Below, in pieces: positions 38,268-49,275 of a stretch of 64,000 nucleotides of DNA (its first letter is position 1; each line of letters opens with the position of its first letter). The notes under the pieces were generated by a model. That model was not told where the DNA came from. It saw nothing but the letters and a program-made list of their open reading frames with translations, and made no database searches. Where the stretch lies: assembly GCA_004764695.1 (NCBI GenBank), contig SMSO01000033.1, positions 1,798,001-1,862,000 on the forward strand, read 5' to 3'. The position numbers and the translations under genes are program-made. Source of the stretch: Schizochytrium sp. TIO01. Lineage: Eukaryota; Protista; Bigyra: Labyrinthulomycetes.

Positions 38268-41149
38268 GGCGACCTTGGAGTGCTACCCTTTCGAGGGCTT
38301 GTGCCTGTAGTCCAAGCTCTATTGGGGGTTTGCTAGCACTTCCCCGAGTCGATTGGCTCTTCTTGAATTAAACTACTAGGAAGGGAAAATGCGCTTCTAG
38401 GTTTCCAGATTGCTAGACCCTTGAGCAAGGCGTCCTCTGAAGTTTAAGTTTTGCCGTGGAAACAAGAGACTTTCGATGCAAGGTGCTGTAATTCCGTGCT
38501 TCGTAAAAACTAACATTTTCCTCCTATAGTCAATCAATCATCAAGCAGCTATCGTAAGGTAGGAGGAGGTAATAGTAGGAAGTACTTCTTCTCCTCTTTC
38601 GTTTAATGCTAGACGAGCGGCACCATTCGCTATAGATACAAATGGTAGCTCGATCAGGCATGAGTGCCCTAATCGCTACTAGCCAGCTGCTCAATTCGTG
38701 CTGAAAGATCACCTAAATCGTTGGCGCAGTGCAGAGGTGCACGCGAACTCTGAGCCACGACTCCAAAAGTTCGGAAATACTGGAATCGCTGAGCGCCGAA
38801 CGCCCCACCCACGCAAATGAGTCACCTAAATAAGTAAGCGCCTTGCAGTGCTGACTTAAGGTGCGCCAATATTCTTGCTCGCGAGCAACTAACTCCAAGA
38901 CTCGCTTGCCGCCGGGCCTGCGTGCTGCTGCGAGAACCTGCGTGGTCACTGGCGGCCTTCAGGGGCCTCAACACTTCTTCAAGAGGCCTACAAGCCGCCA
39001 ACGGGGGCGCTCGCTACCTAGTGTGACAGGAAACTCCGTGCGAATGAAAGAAGGACGTCATCATCTCATCGATCTGTGAGAATCTCAATCAATCCTTCGC
39101 AGTTTTTGCGCTCACTCCTTTCGTCGACGTGGGGATTTTACATCTCAAGTCTCCATCTTGTTTCTTTTAAACTTAAAGAAACAACACGTAGTGTGAGTAG
39201 TTTAGTTAGTGCCACGGCCTTTGCCAAACAAAGCACTCGAACGGAGCGGAGGTCCAAGCAACGCTCTGAAGCAAGAGCGGGACAGGCTGAGCCTGAAGTC
39301 AGCACGCCAATCCCCTCGTCACCACACGCTTGGGGTTGAAACAGGGGTGCGGTTGCTTGCACATAATGTCGTCGCTGGCAGTGATTAGCTATCATATCGG
39401 GCCAGAAAAGAGCGAGAAGCAAAGAAGTCCGGGGCGTTCAAAGCCGCACTTCGCAGGTAAAAGCAGTTCTTTCTTTTTAATTGAAAACAAGAATTAAGAT
39501 AAGTTCACGATGTAAAAAAAAAGCAAAATAGTTTCGCGAACGTGCCGCTCACCACCCAGGCCGAGGCGCGCTCACTGTATTTTCAAACTTTGGGCCGGGG
39601 GCTACGAAGCTCGGGACTCCATACGGACGGCACCTCGCTAGCTACCTACACGTTTGGCAAGAGGCCGGAATCTTTAGCGAAACCAACGGCGAATGGAGGA
39701 TTCCTAGAATGTAAAAAAGCAACTTCCATCGAGTATGGATTCTTCTAGTGCAGGCCTCACTAATTAACTGGTACTAGCTCCTGTATAGTATTTTTATTTT
39801 TATTTATCTTTTAATTATTATTATTTTTCATGAAAAGAACATTCGTGCGTAGAGAGCACGTGCTGCCCAAGGACGCGACCGAATTCAAAGCAGTCTTTGC
39901 TGCTCGGCACTCCTCCATTCTCTTCTTTGCACCTCGTAGCTGACCTTCACTGGTGCCATCAGCCAAACATCAGCCCAAACAACAGGACTGACCTGGGCTC
40001 TCTCTTCTACCGAGCAACCAGACTAAAGGCACACCGCGTCAGTGGCGGCTGTTCTGAGTTTTCTTTTTTGGACAGCGCATCATGCCTCATATATGTTATT
40101 TTTTCCAGTGTCAGACTTTTTCTACTCGATTCCAATAGTGTGGTCGTTAAGCTCTTATGAAAGCAAAACAGTGTACTAAGTTTCATAGGTGGAACTGGAG
40201 AGCGGTGGAAAGGGAAAGAATCACAGATAACCTCAGCAGTGAGTCGAAAGTGCGTAGCTATGGCTATGATACCTTGCGGCTCTTAATCTGTGAACTGATA
40301 GTTACTATGTAGGGACTGCTGGTGCGCAAGATAGAGCGCCGGAGCTGTTCCTGACAGGTGTAAACTTGTGTGTTTTCATAGGCACCATATCGGGGATTCG
40401 TGAGCTTGGCTCGTAAGGCATTGGAAAAGTGGGCTTCGAAGGAAGGATCTTGAAAAGAGCAAGTTGCGCAGCAGCGCGGTGTGCAGCCTCTGCGATTGAT
40501 CAGCTTTCCTCAAGCACTTGGATATGTAGAAGGTAGAGGTAGGTCGTACCTACCTGCGCTTATCCGAAAGCAGTCGCTTTTCTTTTCTTTTTCTCTCTTG
40601 GCCTGTATCTCCATCACAAAGTTATCCTCTGTTTTGCATGTGCTGCCAAATGAAAGTCGAGCGGTCAAGAGGCAGGCCAAATCTGAAGGACTGGCGGCGC
40701 AGGCATTGCTGACTTATAGACTGGCGCTCGCGTCCGACGTGTGCACAGGTCTGTTGTCGACGCGGGGATGGGGAGTGAACCCAAGAGTGATGTCTCCGAG
40801 CTTATTCTCTTTTTGGTTTGCTCTTTTTTTTTCAAATGGGGAATATAAACTGCGATAACCTCGCAGTAGCACTAGATACTAAGTAGTAAGTAGTAAGTGC
40901 AAGTGCTGCGGCCCGGCCGTCGTTAGTCATCAATTTTACTCCTCTCGGGGTTTGTCCCTGTTGCACAAATTAAATTGCGCGAAGCTGAAGAAACGGTTTA
41001 TAATGATGGTTCTTTTTTCAAGTGATGGTTCGTGAGTCCCCAAAGGGGGTTTTGGCTTCATGCCTCATGATGCTTCAGACGGACTTTTTGTTCCACAGTA
41101 GTTCGAGTGCTGGCTAATTTGCTGCTCGCTTCACCTGGTTAAGCAATGT

Positions 41150-41715
41150 TTGCAAATTGCATCAAGTCGCATCAGCCTGGTACAGCATAGCGCCTGTTTG
41201 CCGCACCAATCAAACTATTTCCACACGCAGCAAAGGGATCGGGACAGCAAATCCTTCAGCTGAAGTGGTTGGTTTCGTTCGACGTATTCGCAACGTGTAT
41301 TGCTGTACCCTCGAGATCTAGCCGAATCCGAGTTTGCAAACACGCTCCACAGCACACGACAATTGTTCTAGTTGTTCCAACAAATGATATGCACTGCTAT
41401 CAGTACCTAGCACGACCTACGTACTTGTGTTACGAGGCTATGAATCAAATTTTGGTTCTCAAGATCTCACCTAATACATCAAGATGCGTATGGATGTCTA
41501 CGGCAAGCAGACCGATCTAGATCTTCGGACTCGCCCAATCCGGCTCTGTCTAAGCAGGCGGGCTTTCTGATCCATGAATTCTGGATTGCCAGTTTCCGAC
41601 ATGTGCAAATCCCGCAGACCCGCACGCGCTCGAAGGCCAGCATGGTCTCGGTCTTGGAGCCACTGCGGTCTCCGAAAGTAAAATCGACCACTCCGACGCC
41701 TATTAGGTGGCTTTA
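41150..41715 (-). mobile_element. Possible copia protease-adjacent/GAG-pre-integrase/integrase N-terminal relic
   Basis: LIGVGVVDFTFGDRSG...LAFERVRV (cf. G.G.V....G...L.L..V..V), NLIHSL (cf. LWH.RLGH), CGACLQTR (CxxC), NQPLQL-KDL-CP (cf. PL.LVHSDLCGP), across frameshifts. Confidence 0.35.
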
Positions 41716-41864
41716 GAAAAGCCAAAGGCTCGCCTTTTATCGCACTATTGTTTTGAATTCATGGACTAGTCAGCACCTATATGGTACCTACTTCCTACTC
41801 TTGCAAAGATGTTGAGAAAACCCCCACAGTAGTCTAGCTAGAGGCTTTAACTACTGTGTCGCTC

Positions 41865-41903
41865 GAAGAAGAAGAAGAAGAAGAAGAAGAAGAGGAGGAG
41901 GAG
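41865..41903. repeat. (GAA)n(GAG)n microsatellite
   Basis: Direct reading. Confidence 0.9.
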
Positions 41904-42189
41904 TTGTCAGAATTGTGCATAGAAGATAGGTCGGCACAGTACTTGGCGAAATTGAAAAAATTGATGAAAACGGCAACGAGCTAGACAGCAGCTGCGTTTA
42001 CTTCAACTAAGAAAGCAAAATCATGGTATAGAAAGAATAGGACTTGGAGTTGAGAATCAATAGAAGCAGGCGGTTAAGGCGATGATGACAAAATCGTCGA
42101 TGACTACAGTTTAGAATAATATGAACTACCTGCATCGTCGGACTTAAAGTGACAAGGTAGTCCTGTTATGATAAGGACACAGAAGGACT

Positions 42190-42700
42190 CGAGTGCTAGT
42201 ACATTCCGATCTTCTTTCACAGAAATGCATCTGGCCTGAGGCAAGACTTGAAAGAGCAGATACTAAGATATTGGCGAAGCCAGCTGAAGTCCTCGGAGCA
42301 AGATGTCTTATCACTAGTGCAACAAATCAGCGCAATAGCTTTCTAGCCTCGAAGCTATTTATATTTCCAACCCAAAAATGGAACTCTACAACGAAAGAGT
42401 ATTGTAGCCACTACATGCGGCACATTCTGCTGCACAAATGAAGGATAATTTAACCTATGATAGATTTGCACATTTCAAACACGCTCGTAAATGTGGCAGT
42501 CTCGAGAAGCAAAGGATTCTATACAAGGGTACCAGATGAATCACGGGCGAAGTTTTCAGAATTCACAAAGATTAAACCTCAGTCTTGTTTTGTTTTGCTT
42601 TGTCACATATTCCAAAGTTTGCCTTTCTTCATTTTTGATGATCAGGTAGTCATAAAATAATTCGAGCGTTAACTTTCATCTGTGGAGAGTTATAAACTCC
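42190..42700 (+). mobile_element. Possible copia RT fragment
   Basis: ORFs 42193 and 42457 share one frame. LGARCLI ... YMRHILL ... DLHISNTLVN ... FYTRVP ... CFVLLCHIF (cf. KARLV ... LDISNAFLN ... Y...P ... C.L.K.LY). Confidence 0.3.
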
Positions 42701-42935
42701 TGAAATAGTTTCTTTGTTCTGAAACTCAATATTTTCAGCCAAGAATGAAGTCCTGTCGGGTGCTCATAGAGTGAAATCATTCAGTATATGATTTGGATCA
42801 TTTGCCCCCCTTGCTTAACTCCAATTAACAGAAAGGCTTTAGTTTTAATCTTACCCAACCTATCATCATGTGAACCTCTATGATATGCAAATCGAATAAG
42901 ACCAATGAGTAAAAATATGTGCAAAATAGATTACT

Positions 42936-45900
42936 TTAGGATGATGTTGGGCATCCCAGATCATCACTATAGGTAAAAGCGTACTCGATACTGAAGCCAA
43001 AGTTTGACATGCATGTAGCTTCAATGTTGGACTCAGCAGGGCAGCCACTCTCCGAGTTGTCCAAATCACATTGCAGAAAGCGAATCGGGTTAACGAAAAG
43101 AGGGTGATACTTTTCCATGTTAGCAGGAACCTCAAGCGTACCATTGCATGGCATAAACGTGGAAGGGATGAAGAAAAGTTCAGTCCAACCATCAGTACTA
43201 TCTTCATATTGCACAGAGATACCGTTGGTACAAGGGTCGGTATCTTCGCGCATAGAATAATCATCTACAGAACTAGAACAGAAACTTCTTCCGCTGCCAA
43301 AGTCACCAACTGAGTTGAACTTCTCAACAATAGAGTAAGGGTCTCCTTCTGAATCATCAACAAGAGCGATGCAATCATCGATGAAATCATCCTTGGTCTC
43401 ATCACCTTTCATGGGCAAAAGAGCAGTGCAGACAGCCTCGATCCAAGCTTCGCCCGTCTTCTTTTCAGTTTTCTTTGTAATCTGGTTGATACACGCTTGT
43501 ACAGTGTTGGGTTGGTTCGCAGTCTTGCACCAATTTTCAATACCTAAAGGAATCTGCTCAGTGGTACAAGCACCAGACCAGAAGGCCTTGCAAGCAAGGT
43601 GGGCCAAAGACAAACTATTTACTTCGCACTCTTCAGCCATAGAGTTTTCCGTGTACTCGCCACCGTAGGAGAGCAGGTCTCCAGATACACAGTAGCCACT
43701 GACAACATCATCACCACGCTCAGTGTTGACATCGACGAGGTACTCGACATTGAGGCGATACCCACCAACGTACTCAGCATCATCGTTCGAAACAGAGTTC
43801 ACACAGGTAAGGCGGATGAGAATGCCAGTGGTTGGGTCACGTACGGCATAGGCACGCTCGTCAGATCCGTAGCCCTCGTCACCATCGATAAATGTTACAT
43901 CAAAGGCATCTGCAAAATCGATACCATTAATGGTGTGCCAGCCAGGGTAGTCTGTAGTGTCCTCAAAACAAGCCACAGGGTCCAATGTATAGTTTCCGCT
44001 CTGAGTTTCGAGGTACATCATATCGAGAATGGAACGCTCACCGGTGGCGAAACTGATGTTATAGAAGGCGGTATTAGAGTTGACAGAGTAGAGTACGATG
44101 ATGGCTTCACCAGATTCGGACCAATTTGGTAAACATGGAGAACCATATGCACCGATGCTAGCACGATTCTTACCAATGAGATCTTGCACAGTCTGATTCC
44201 AGATGCAGTCATTGCCAGCAAAGTCCTTGAGCCCGGTACATATTTTTTCAGTAGGCCAGCAGTTACTGTCGCGAGCATCGCATACAATGAGCTTATCACG
44301 GGAGCCATCAAAGCCCTGACCGAACGGGTCGCCCCAAAGCATGCACGTTTCACAGCAGCTTGTCGTATTGGTACTCTCCTCGCTAAACCTCAAGGTAAGA
44401 CTAGCATTACTAGTGGTACTTATGAGGTTCCCACAGACAGTGCTCAACTCAGAATCCGAAGCATTACAGTACGGAGCTGTAATCGTCAAATTGCGGCAAG
44501 TTTGGCCTTCTTCACCAACCGCGAAGTTGTTCGTGGAGCAGCAGCTATCACAAGATCCCAAAGTAAAGTTCTCCATCTCGTTTGAAGTACAGATAGAAGG
44601 GAAGTTAATGGATGTATCATCGTATGAGCATACGTTGCATGTAATGTTTCCTTGCGGGCAAACGTTGCCTCCAAAATTAATATTACCACTTACAGTGGAT
44701 AATGGTTTACAATTTGAGCCATCATCAGCAACAAGACACTCTGCGCCTAATCCACACTGACGAAAGCGAACCCGGTACTGGAACAGAATCGGGAAGTCCT
44801 CCCCTGTGATGATCGTGCTAACGTCACTGCAAAGAGGCTTATCAGGTGGGATGTAGAATACAGGGGTCCAGTCACCATCTACATCAGCTTCCACAATTAC
44901 TCCAGTTGCACAAGTCAAGTCATCTGGAATATTAGTAGCGTAGTCGTCCCAAGAGGTAGCACAAGGGACATCCGCAATATCCCACTGGTGAAAAATGATG
45001 CTCTCATATGCTTCCTCCCAAACAGACCAGCCGTTTTCTTCAAGAATGTTTACACACTCAGCGACGTATGAGTTCTGGGAGCTGCTGCCATAAGAAAGAC
45101 CAGAGTTCATTTGGCAGGCATATTCAATCCACGTCATAGATTGCTCCGACGCTTTGCCATTGCGAAGGTCTGTAAGACAAGTGGCAACAACTTCAGCGTA
45201 GGTCACATCAGCACTGTAGGCCTGTGTGTTCACAAGCTCAGCAGACTCACACCAGTACTGCTGCCAGTCCAGTACGGTACGTTCATAGCAGCTAAAATCG
45301 CTGAGGGCTTTGCAAGTATAGGTGAGGTCCGAAAGAGAAGCAGACAGACACTTTTTGTGAAGCGATACAGTATCGGCAACATTCGTACCACTCAAGTCTC
45401 CTGAGGGAATAATGTTGGTGAAGCAGTAGCCATCGCCAACACTGTCTGCGGTGATGCGAGTATCAGTGATGTTCTCGATATCAAGGCGAGTGCGAGTAGC
45501 ACCAACAGCCTTGTTACAGATGACATCGGCGTAGATACCAATGCTCGCATCTCCAATGTGCCAGCGAATCTCCACATCGTTAGGGGTGCTTACACTCCAT
45601 GTAGATGGAAGAGATGACACAGATGACGGAAATGACCATGCGGCAGCGGCGTCAGAATTGCCAACATCGCGAGGGTCATAGTTGAAACAATCATCAGAGT
45701 TTATTGTGTACGGCTCGGAATCATCAGAAAGCTGAATGCTAAAGTCTGTTTGGACACCACGCTCACCAATAAGAGTGGACATGACGAGGCCACTAGTATT
45801 GATAAGCAATAGCTCGAGCTGACCGCTTACGCTGTAGTCAGCCTGACACGGAGAGCCATCTTCAAGGTTGTTTCTCCACCAAGGGTAGTTGAGGTTTCCT

Positions 45901-46403
45901 TTGAGCCACTTGCAGCGGTTGCCAGCATGGTCGTACTGTTGACGACAAATGCTTTGCTCCATTCTACAGGTAGTAGAGTTACGGGCATCACATTCAATGA
46001 GCTGGTTAGTTGAACCGTTAAAGGCTTGGCAGAGAGGATCACCGTAGCATTTGCACTTGCGGCAGCATGTGTCATTGACGTCAGGGTAAGTGAAGGCGAT
46101 CTCCATTTCGAGGGTATGCGAGCTGTTAGGGGTAAAGTCTGTGCAGCCATCATCCTGATTTGCACAGTATGCTGACTGCATAATAGCTGTGCTGCAGATC
46201 GGGTCTGTGCTGTCGGCAGTGTAGGTATAGTTGAGCGAGTTACCGCAGCATCCACCAAATTCGAATTTCTGAGTAGTACAATTATTTCCCAAAGGCGTGG
46301 TCAAATCTAACTGCGTTGCTTCACAAGAGCCTTGCGCCGTGCTGGACTTCACAAAGCTCAGGAGCATTGCAGTGATAATTGCTGCATAACTGCGTACCTG
46401 CAT
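42936..46403 (-). CDS. Secreted tandem VWD-like glycoprotein, paralog 3 (1155 aa)
   Basis: Intact ORF with signal peptide. CKCYGDPLCQAFNG and CMLWGDPFGQGFDG motifs. Colinear Cys pattern with the other paralogs. Confidence 0.93.
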   Translation of the reverse strand: MQVRSYAAIITAMLLSFVKSSTAQGSCEATQLDLTTPLGNNCTTQKFEFGGCCGNSLNYTYTADSTDPICSTAIMQSAYCANQDDGCTDFTPNSSHTLEMEIAFTYPDVNDTCCRKCKCYGDPLCQAFNGSTNQLIECDARNSTTCRMEQSICRQQYDHAGNRCKWLKGNLNYPWWRNNLEDGSPCQADYSVSGQLELLLINTSGLVMSTLIGERGVQTDFSIQLSDDSEPYTINSDDCFNYDPRDVGNSDAAAAWSFPSSVSSLPSTWSVSTPNDVEIRWHIGDASIGIYADVICNKAVGATRTRLDIENITDTRITADSVGDGYCFTNIIPSGDLSGTNVADTVSLHKKCLSASLSDLTYTCKALSDFSCYERTVLDWQQYWCESAELVNTQAYSADVTYAEVVATCLTDLRNGKASEQSMTWIEYACQMNSGLSYGSSSQNSYVAECVNILEENGWSVWEEAYESIIFHQWDIADVPCATSWDDYATNIPDDLTCATGVIVEADVDGDWTPVFYIPPDKPLCSDVSTIITGEDFPILFQYRVRFRQCGLGAECLVADDGSNCKPLSTVSGNINFGGNVCPQGNITCNVCSYDDTSINFPSICTSNEMENFTLGSCDSCCSTNNFAVGEEGQTCRNLTITAPYCNASDSELSTVCGNLISTTSNASLTLRFSEESTNTTSCCETCMLWGDPFGQGFDGSRDKLIVCDARDSNCWPTEKICTGLKDFAGNDCIWNQTVQDLIGKNRASIGAYGSPCLPNWSESGEAIIVLYSVNSNTAFYNISFATGERSILDMMYLETQSGNYTLDPVACFEDTTDYPGWHTINGIDFADAFDVTFIDGDEGYGSDERAYAVRDPTTGILIRLTCVNSVSNDDAEYVGGYRLNVEYLVDVNTERGDDVVSGYCVSGDLLSYGGEYTENSMAEECEVNSLSLAHLACKAFWSGACTTEQIPLGIENWCKTANQPNTVQACINQITKKTEKKTGEAWIEAVCTALLPMKGDETKDDFIDDCIALVDDSEGDPYSIVEKFNSVGDFGSGRSFCSSSVDDYSMREDTDPCTNGISVQYEDSTDGWTELFFIPSTFMPCNGTLEVPANMEKYHPLFVNPIRFLQCDLDNSESGCPAESNIEATCMSNFGFSIEYAFTYSDDLGCPTSS

Positions 46404-46504
46404 TGTGATAAGGTATTCCTTTTATCAATTCGTGCTGTTCTTGAATCCCGATAGAGCAGGCCTTTCAGAATGTTTCACTATGAATGTCCAAGTTGAGGTT
46501 TTAA

Positions 46505-46639
46505 ATACGTAAATGGCTGCGGTGTCGCGCAAAGCTAGACTATCCAGGAGCAAACTATTCCTGGGTGGCAGGATACAAAGCTACCCTGCTAACTTAGCAA
46601 GACAGCAAATCTGAGTAAGTTGGTGATTTGGTTTTGCTG
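46505..46639 (-). promoter_or_regulatory. Conserved upstream elements of paralog 3
   Basis: ATACGTAAATG (46505-46515) and AGTTGGTGATTTGGTTTTGCTG (46618-46639) recur at similar distance upstream of paralog 4 (52830-52840 and 52965-52986), while the intervening DNA has diverged. Confidence 0.6.
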
Positions 46640-47599
46640 AATGGTGATGTGCGTATACGTGTTTATTAAGTTTCAAAGTCTTTGGGATCTTGAAAATTCT
46701 TCAACAACAAACCTTAGCGTACTCTTCCTATGTCAATGCATAAATACTATCATCAAAACTTTTTGTTTATCTGTGACACGACCACGATATCGGCCGCATA
46801 TCACCTGATACATCCTCGATGTTTCATCTTCCTGGGTACCCCATCGGAAAGGGGGCGCGTGTGAGTACGCCTTTTCTTGTTTCCCTTTCCAGTAACCGCG
46901 GAGAGAACTTTTACCCTCTTCTTTTGCATCTAGCGTGTCATTTTTAATTGTTGATGTATTATTACGTTTTTAATTCAATTCAATAATGCTGCAGGTACTA
47001 CTAATCGTCTGTTGTTGTTTATTTTTGGAGAATATTTTTATTTCGTTCCGGAGGAAGGTACGTATGGCGCGGTGTGCAGCTCATTTAAAGGATTTCGCTG
47101 CTTACTGGAAACTGCGCAAGGGTTCTTTGACTCGGGTACCCCGGCCCATTGACACGAGCTTGAAGGATGCTAAATTTTAAAGATGGGCCAAGCTCTAAAG
47201 TACGCATTTGGGAGCCAAACGAAGCAATGTGCAAAATTTTATTCTGACATCAATTTCCCTCTTTTTCTGCAAAGTATTCCTGGAAGATTACCTTTTTCTC
47301 CTTTTCTTTTTTCCTCTAATCATTATATCATTATTATTATTTATAATAATTAATATAAATATTATTATAACAAAAGTAGAAATACAAACAAACCAGAAAG
47401 AGGTATTACTTGCACGACCCCTTTCAGGCTTCAGACGTACTACGCTTCTGAAGTACGTATAAGTTACTTTTTACTTGGTATGTCGCTCGCTACAAAGGTA
47501 AAGGAGCCGCGGTATCAGCATAATACAAACCTTTCATGGACGACGCCTCTACGTGGAATGCAACTTTTGTTGTGAAATCATTCAAGTTGGTGATTTTCA

Positions 47600-48560
47600 T
47601 TCATTGATTTTTCGGGGTGCTCGTCAATGTTTAGAGAAAGGGTGAGTTCTCTCTTTTCGTTAGTACTGACTCTTAATTTTTGACCCTGAGGAGAAAGGTT
47701 CTCCAATACATGGTAGTAGGTACCCCGTCTTGACTGTAAGCAAGGGATATGAAAAGGTGTTCATGAATGCGATCGCGGAGAATAAATCCAGTGTTCAGAC
47801 GCTGAGCAGACTTTTAGCTTTATGGAATGTTCAGATGGATCGAGTTTCCCTGAGTCTTTAGAATGATTGCCTGTCCAATGCAAATTCCCTCAGAGAATAC
47901 ACGGGTGCTTCTTTGAACTTTGTCAATCTTTGCTTTCCCCCCTTTCCTCTTTGAATTAGAAAATAAATATATTAGTTTAACCTTTAGTTTTGGAAAACCA
48001 CAGAAAATAATAAAATAATAAGAAATAAATGACTGAGGAAAAGAGTACATGTAGGCAAGATTCGGAAGCATAAAAGTTTCCCCTTGCCCAGGAAGGTCTA
48101 CGAGACTGCTTGCACGCACTCGTTTCGAAGAAAGCTTACTTTAAGTCTTTTGCCATCGTATTGAGCCCGCGTACCCCGCCGGTGAGGACCCCAACTTTAT
48201 TGCGCAGCCATCAATCTACGTGTTTAAGATCGCAGCCAGCTTTTCTTTTTTTAGAGGGTCCTCGCTGGGTGTTCGGGCTTTCTATTATTCGTTATGACTT
48301 TGTGCTTTTGAAGGACCAAAAAATAACTAAGTGAGAAGTAATGGGTTTAAGCAAAGAAGCCTGGTTAAGGGAGGAAAGAATAAGCCCAGTTTGGAGGGCG
48401 AAAGAAAGCTACCTAATGGTTTGGCGGAGATTTTTTTGAGGTTTCCAGCAAATTTAAAATGTGATCCTTCATATTTGATTATTCCAAATGCAAATCTTGT
48501 AACAATCTTGGTATGCACCAGAATCATTCCATCGAAGGAAAGTAAAAGCCGTGCACAACA
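47600..48560 (+). mobile_element. Possible copia relic (post-integrase domain plus RT fragment)
   Basis: FGVLVNV...FDP...MVVG...SKGYEKVF...SR at 47600-47820 (cf. FGC.AYV..KLDP...FVGY...KGYR...SR). NKPSLEGERKLP...LRF...KCDPSY at 48370-48480 (cf. NKSLYGLKQAP...GF...DP.LY). Confidence 0.35.
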
Positions 48561-49275
48561 GTGGAACGCTCAAAGAGGAATCTGAAGAACGCTGTTAGCA
48601 CACAGAAGCCCCGCTGTTATTTTCAGGCTTGTAGTGAATGAATACTTACTTCCTCAGGTCAAGGTTCGCAATGTGGAGAGAGGAAACAAAATCACACCCG
48701 CGAAAGTAGGATCTCTTCTCTGAAACTCGGCAGGTACCCCGGTACGCGGGTCGAACCTCTTAGAAATGTGGAACATTATGTTCCAATATGGATCCCCATA
48801 GAATGGTCAGAAACATTATAAACAAAAATGGAGGCGTGCACTTTATTCCCGACACCTTTTCTGAGGAGTGGGCATAACAGGAGTCTTTGAACCCCAAAAG
48901 GTGGTAACCTTAAAGAAGGTGTGCTTGAACAAAAAAATTCAATTTATATGTAAATCAATTTTGATTTAAGACCAAAAAAATTAAAGAGTTAAAACCCTGC
49001 GCAAGTCAAATTACTGATATTATATTTCTTGGAGATACACAAAACCAAAATACTCGTATGGGGCTTCTTACGGTGCTTCATCAGCCTACAGCCGAGGATA
49101 CCAAGAACGGGCAAGCAATAATTTAAAGTTGCTTTGCAAATAGTAAGGACAACGAAGATGGACAAAGAGCAGAGCATCAGAAACCAAAGGAACAATAACA
49201 CGGCGTTTGCTTGGTACATATGCCCGAAAAGGAAACAGAGTATGAGATATGTGCAAAATAGAACTAAAGTTTAAT

